From positions 24,675,504-24,739,503 of the forward strand of contig OZ037765.1 of NCBI GenBank assembly GCA_964035545.1: a stretch of DNA of 64,000 nucleotides, in the 5' to 3' direction. The position numbers and the translations under genes are program-made. Position 1 is the stretch's first letter. Every line of letters begins with the position of its first letter. The notes beneath the pieces were generated by a model. The model was given only the letters and a program-made list of their open reading frames with translations, ran no database searches and was not told the origin of the DNA. This stretch comes from Bugula neritina. Its lineage: Eukaryota; Animalia; Bryozoa. Shown piece by piece: positions 59,701 to 64,000 of this stretch.

Positions 59701-62700
59701 CCATAAAATGTAGTTTCACTGAGCAAAGTATATTAAAAGAACATACTTGCTAATGTTGGTCTAATGCCATGTTGAAATACCTCAACACAATTATTAAAAT
59801 ACTGATCAGTTTCATACCAAAAGCAGCAATTATTACCACGCTGTAAATATACTACAACAGAGCTTTTATTTACACGCAGCATAATATATAAAATGGTCAT
59901 TACTGAACACGGTGCATTAAAAATCTGAGGTGACCTTTAACCTGTATTGATGTCTACCTGAGATGGTGATAGAGGAGGTGCCATTACAGCCATAAGCACA
60001 TTCATTGAAGAAAAAAGGTTGAGCCACATGATTGGTCAGTTCTACGTCACAGCTAGTATTGCAGCAACTTTTGACACTAAAAGTGACTTCCAAGACATCT
60101 CCAACAGTAACATTATCAGCAGACAACTGCAAAATGCAAGATATGCTTTACAAAACTAGAAAAGTTTTCCAGTTTAAGGATATGCTTGCTATAAGCTTTC
60201 TAATGGAGAACACAGGCTTTTCTCACGTTTTCCATTACCGCACCTATCTCACAGAAAGAGGGAGGGTTGAAGCTTAGGCTATACAAGTTCTGCTCATTAA
60301 ATATTGGAGTAAGAATCAAAAACTCATTCTCAGATGTTGATATTATTTAAACTTTTCAGTAAAGATTTTTGACAGTAACATGTTGATGAATTAAAACGAG
60401 CTAATAGGAAGCAAAGCAAATCTAATAGTTTCAACATCAATAAAGACAAGAACAACTTTTTACCAAACTTACCAGTAAAATATGTACTACAGGAGACGCA
60501 TGTAGAGAAAGTACACCTTGGTAATGAGATAGTAGCTCCACTACCCGGTGAGTCAGCTTATCATAAACCATTACTGAAACCTTTAAAAACATAAAATGTA
60601 GGTACAATTTTATTTTATAAGCAATTACAAGTTAGTTAACTTTACACAAAATGAACTGAAACTCCAAATCAAATGCCAGCCATCATCCTTTAACTGATAA
60701 AGTTCAAATAATCTTCGTATCAGTTTAAAACAAAATAAAAAAAGGCGAAAGTGCAAGAATACCATTTGACTTGTATGTGTACTACTAGAAGTAAGTGCAT
60801 TGAAATACATGTCAAAATTTCTGCAATAGATTATACTAATAACTAACACAGCATGTAGAGTGTGGAACACACTACCACATCTTACATACATTATTATTGC
60901 CAATTTGGTGTAGAGGATTTTGTTGCACGGTGCAGATGGTAGGAGACGATATGATAGCTTGGATTATGTTTATCTTGCCATCATGTTCCGGAAACTCCCA
61001 CTGCGTTATCCGACCACTACCTGATATCCTATAGCTCAGAATATACCCCGGCTCAACTCTAATTGCTTCTTCAAGACTTACAACCTTAGTGAACACCAAA
61101 CAGCTGAGGACTGGTGAAGCAAAAAATATAGTCATGGTGTAAACCATTTATTGCTATAATCTGCATCCAGAAACGAATGCCAATAGAGAAGTAGCCATTG
61201 ATTATTCGCGTACACCAGTGCAACAACTTCTACACATATTTCAAACTAACAATTCGATTTAATTATAGAAGAAATCAAACTGGAGAATAGAAACATATAA
61301 ATAGATAATTTAATGAATTTATAAATCAACTCACTTGTGGCCCCGTAACCAAATTAACAGTAGTGGTGTTCACCATCTCCATTGCTATAGTGTTGTTAGC
61401 TCTGTCAGTAAAGGTGGTGTTACAGCATCTACCTTGCAGAAGACACAGCATATCTTCGGCATGTAAAGTACAATCTTTGTACTTATTCTCACACGTAGAG
61501 CTGCCGCATTCATTGGTAGACCAACAATAGTCAGCACAAGTGGGTTTCCAAATCTGTAAATAAAGTAGCAATTAATAATTTAGGAAATTTTGCACTATCT
61601 CAAAAGTATGCATGTAAAACTGATTTACATAAACCTGTATAGTGACATTACAGCTTACTGTGGTACAGTATTTATTCAACCATCTATGCAATGAATAAAG
61701 GTTTATAATTTTCAGCACTTTCTTAAAAAGTGATAGTTTTAGTTTTAAGAAAATCATATGATATTTTTTATAGTACAACTGTTCAAATACTGTGGCCAAA
61801 AGTTAAAGAAACATATGGATTAATTTGCGGATTTGTGAGAATAAAATTTAAACTGTTGCTGTACATTAACCTGGCACAAAACATTCTCAGTTAATATATG
61901 ATGACATATAAAAAATTCATTCACAGAAGAATATAATTATAAAGCGTTATAGCTGAAATAATGATTTCTCAGAGGTACCTGAAAGTCAATCTTTCCAGCA
62001 AATGCTCCATGCACGAAATATGCATTTACATATGAAAGGTCTTCAACTTCATATAAAACTGTGCTATCTGGTCCAATGTTATGACAGTCTAGGTTTGGTG
62101 CCTTGCATCCAGTAGGTTTTTGTAGTCTGCTGTCTATGTAGTGAGCACCTACACAAAACAGACATATATAGGCTATGCTACACTCGTAACCAACAGAAAT
62201 TAAATGCACTTACTTGCATGACAAGCAAACACAAAAAAGTTCAATTTCCATTCAATTTCAAATAATCTCAAGAAATTTAAATAAGTATTCAAGATGGTGC
62301 AGTAATGGAGGATTTGAGAAAGTAAGTATCTTAGATAAAAATGTAGCAAACAGAGTTATGTTTCCCTGAGAATATCATCACTTAACCAAGTTATCAAACG
62401 AAACCAGCAGTTGTGAGATGAACAGCATAAAAAGTCCCAAAAAAATCCATCACCATTTTAATTATGCATATTCAAATAATACAGGACAGATCACATTTCA
62501 TTTACTGAAAAGATTAGGAAAAAATTCAGGTTTGACTAAACTTTGAAATTTGATTAAAAAAATAATAAGCACTTAGACACACTACTTTAACAGGAGCAAG
62601 TTTTGGTTCTTGTTTACCAAATGAAGATTCACTGCAAATATTATGCACAACAACTATAAGCCTAGGGCCACACTGTGCGTATTTTCGCATGCGAAAATTG

Positions 62701-64000
62701 AAATCACAAGTAGCAAAGGTGTCCACTGTGCGCGTTGAGAAAACATTCGCACTTGTCGCTCTGCATTTTCAACGCAAGTGCGAATCGTCTCTGTCGTCGT
62801 CACCTAATTGGCTGGTAGTTATTCAGCGAGCCCAATTTCTTTATTTTAGTGCTGAATTCCGGTAAATTTCGTTTTATTGAAAGCGAGTGCGATTTAAAAA
62901 TGAAAGCTTTATTTATCACGCATCACTGACGCTACAGTGGACGCCTTTGCTACTCGTGGTTTCAATTTTCGCATGCAAAAATACGCACCGTGTGGCCCTA
63001 GGCTAAGTGTTTCAAAATAGTCATTATAACAAAGAAGATCACTAATTGCAATAATTAGCAATTCACCTATAAGCCAGAAAATATTATTTGTATTTTGCAG
63101 CAATACCTAAACATATTTCAACCGTTACTTTTACTCCCATAGCCATATGAATGATAAAATCTCAACAGTTTAGGGTAAAATGATTGCTTAATAATTATAA
63201 ATAAAAGTTATCATGATAACCATGCTCTAATACAAAAAAATGCATGTTTTCACCAAGGTTTAAAAATTTAGGTTGTATGAGAAGGCAACTATCAACCTTA
63301 GCCCTACTATTCTATTCTTTTCTTTTATACAGTATCCACATATTCCTTCATACCAGTTTTCTAGTTTACCTTACTGCCATACATACTGATATGCTTCAAC
63401 TAACTTTTCTTTAACTATACAAATTCTTACAGACAAAAGGTATAAGAAATCAATTCAATCATGGTAAAAGTTTACCTTCAATATGCCAAGCATCACCAGT
63501 GGAAGATGTCACATGAACTGAAGTTCCAGAATAAATCGTGATGTCACACAGCAGGGGCTGAGAAATTTCTACACTTGTGTTACCACAATCTAGAGTAGCA
63601 TTATGGTCCAACATTTCTCCCTCAACAGTAACAAATGCCCACGTATTCAGTCCCTGTAAAACGGAATAATAAAACAACGTTTTTACATGTATTTATATAC
63701 AGCTAAAAAATTTAATACAATCGCATAAATTATATTCTACTCAAAAGACCTGTTGCCTACACAGTGTAAAGATATTAAATTCAACAGTTTAAAAGCAAAG
63801 ACGACAAAATACAAAGTATTTATTTTGTCTAAACAAAAACTAATAATATTCACACAGCTGCTTTAATATTTTCAAGCAAAAAAAACAGCGGACTCAATGT
63901 TATTATAACATGTAAAAAGTAACCTGGCCAGTTTGTAAATCTGTCACAACACCGTGTATGATATGCTCAGTAGGAGAAATGAGATTGACTGAGATACTAG
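29723..64000 (-). CDS. Polycystin-1 family protein (PKD1-like; PKD repeats, REJ, GAIN/GPS with inserted WSC, PLAT, multi-pass channel domain); 5' end outside window
   Basis: More than 40 exons. PKD-domain motifs (LDWGEG...NHVYSTGGDYNVTITVS ~59000; VDYGDG ~55500; VDFGDGS ~53830). REJ motifs (LEADKYTVDPD ~51580; NKLPFGGTCFISP...CEDWRD ~48300). GPS CFCNHLSTFASG (~41150). PLAT (YEVRVTTG; VRVWHDNSG; FVANRWLAVEEEDG, 40050-40560). SRFTRLQRVSCC (~38860). YSGGGY and WIDRYTRAIFIEFTVYN (~32550-32660). Channel helices 30813-31416. The 3' end is either the stop at 30032 or an extra exon ~29808-29723. Confidence 0.92.
30228..30310 (+). mobile_element. tRNA(Ala-TGC)-derived SINE-like repeat, family A, copy 1 (internally deleted)
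   Basis: GTTGAGTTTACCCAGTAGTCCCTGTGGTGTAATGGTTAGC...CTTGCAA...GGGTTCAAA; A box present and B box truncated; homologous to the copies at 52120-52243 and 53637-53705. Confidence 0.7.
34516..35206. repeat. 15-bp minisatellite (AGTACATAGTATAAT)n, ~46 units
   Basis: Direct reading; variants AGCACAT/AATACAT. It generates the spurious Tyr-rich ORFs in the track. Confidence 0.97.
39663..39895 (+). mobile_element. tRNA-derived SINE, family B
   Basis: A box GTGGTCTAGGGG and B box GGGTTCGAGCCC, followed by a GC-richer non-tRNA body in an AT-rich intron. Confidence 0.65.
44484..44636. mobile_element. Small fold-back MITE (~46-bp arms)
   Basis: GAAAGTTGTTAGAAGCAGCACCAAGTTGGTGGTCACTGAGTGCAGT ... ACTGCACTTAATGACCACCAACTTGGTGCTGCCTCTAGCAACTTTC. 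Flanks AACTCAAGA/AACCCAAAA may be a decayed 9-bp TSD. Confidence 0.7.
45232..45348. mobile_element. Decayed hAT-like MITE
   Basis: Right end ...GGGGCCCCCAGTTGTCCACCCCTG (reverse complement CAGGGGTGGACAAC, typical of hAT MITE termini). The left end is degenerate (..GCAACTTTTTTGCACGAGGGCC). Confidence 0.45.
46090..46457 (+). mobile_element. Penelope-like retroelement fragment (GIY-YIG endonuclease C-terminus), antisense in a polycystin intron
   Basis: Frameshifted TELSKYIWQL..NIKHTISWKILKKAKPYNTIT...NLCLWE..FILYKPNMCTLNKRNEHLSTCRH, the characteristic tail of PLE ORFs. Confidence 0.75.
47526..47615. repeat. Short imperfect inverted repeat (24-bp arms), probable MITE remnant
   Basis: GCACAAAATTTGGGTTCACTGAGT ... 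ACTCAGCGACCCCAAACCTTGTGC. Confidence 0.55.
49914..50326. repeat. 22-bp minisatellite (ACACCTGTCAGTATAATATACT)n, ~19 units, overlapping a splice acceptor
   Basis: Direct reading; the last unit on the minus strand supplies CAG|G at 49918/49917. Confidence 0.97.
52120..52243 (-). mobile_element. tRNA-derived SINE-like repeat, family A, copy 2
   Basis: Minus strand GTTGAGTTTACCCAGTAGTCCGTGTGGTGTAATGGTTAGCGCGTCTGCATGCAAGTCGGAGGTTTTGGGTTCAAATCCCAGTGGGGGC; A and B boxes present, acceptor stem poorly paired. Confidence 0.75.
53637..53705 (-). mobile_element. tRNA-derived SINE-like repeat, family A, copy 3 (anticodon arm deleted)
   Basis: Minus strand GATGAGATTACCCAGTAGTCCCCAGTGGTGTAATGATTAGC-ATTCAAATCCCAGTGGTGGC. 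Confidence 0.7.
57504..57564. mobile_element. 61-bp hAT-type MITE (internal deletion derivative)
   Basis: CAGGGTTGGGGTCAATTAC...AATTACCCCAACCCGA flanked by 8-bp CTAGGAAG / CTAGGAGG. Confidence 0.7.
62660..63003. mobile_element. PIF/Harbinger (Tourist-like) MITE, 344 bp
   Basis: ~70-bp TIRs GCCTAGGGCCACACTGTGCGTATTTTCGCATGCGAAAATTGAAATCACAAGTAGCAAAGGTGTCCACTGT; TAA on both flanks (62657-62659, 63004-63006). Confidence 0.8.

Noticed and set aside
60970-60985. GC donor at GAT G|GCAAGA in the polycystin gene
   Set aside because: Phase 1 clashes with the next exon (phase 0); the GTATGT donor at ~60890 fits.

Overview
AT-rich, intron-rich animal genomic DNA (invertebrate-like; the species cannot be fixed from sequence alone). 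Genes reconstructed by hand from splice sites: a secreted single-domain GH1 beta-glucosidase (-, 8318-12043); MRGBP/Eaf7 (-, 12619-18421); MOCS3/Uba4 (-, 20340-23558) head-to-head with class III ADH/ADH5 (+, 24825-29372); and a very large polycystin-1-family gene (-, ~29.7 kb to beyond 64000) with PKD, REJ, GAIN/GPS, PLAT and channel domains. The main finding is that the MRGBP reading frame is split at codon 14 by a 5.3-kb element with a TTAA target duplication and 24-bp imperfect TIRs. The element carries a decayed KolX/P2X7-ballast-like gene (Kolobok-type) and a perfect p53-family response element. Precise excision restores an intact 161-aa MRGBP, whereas no canonical splice does. Other observations: an apparently intact minimal type I hammerhead ribozyme beside a Penelope-like remnant; a phase 1-1 WSC cassette inside the polycystin GAIN domain; a 22-bp minisatellite that repeats a real 3' splice site about 19 times; a probable GC-AG intron holding a 15-bp array; period-3/6 low-complexity tracts that follow gene 5' ends; and several MITEs and tRNA-derived SINEs. 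All coordinates are hand-read and no database search was run.
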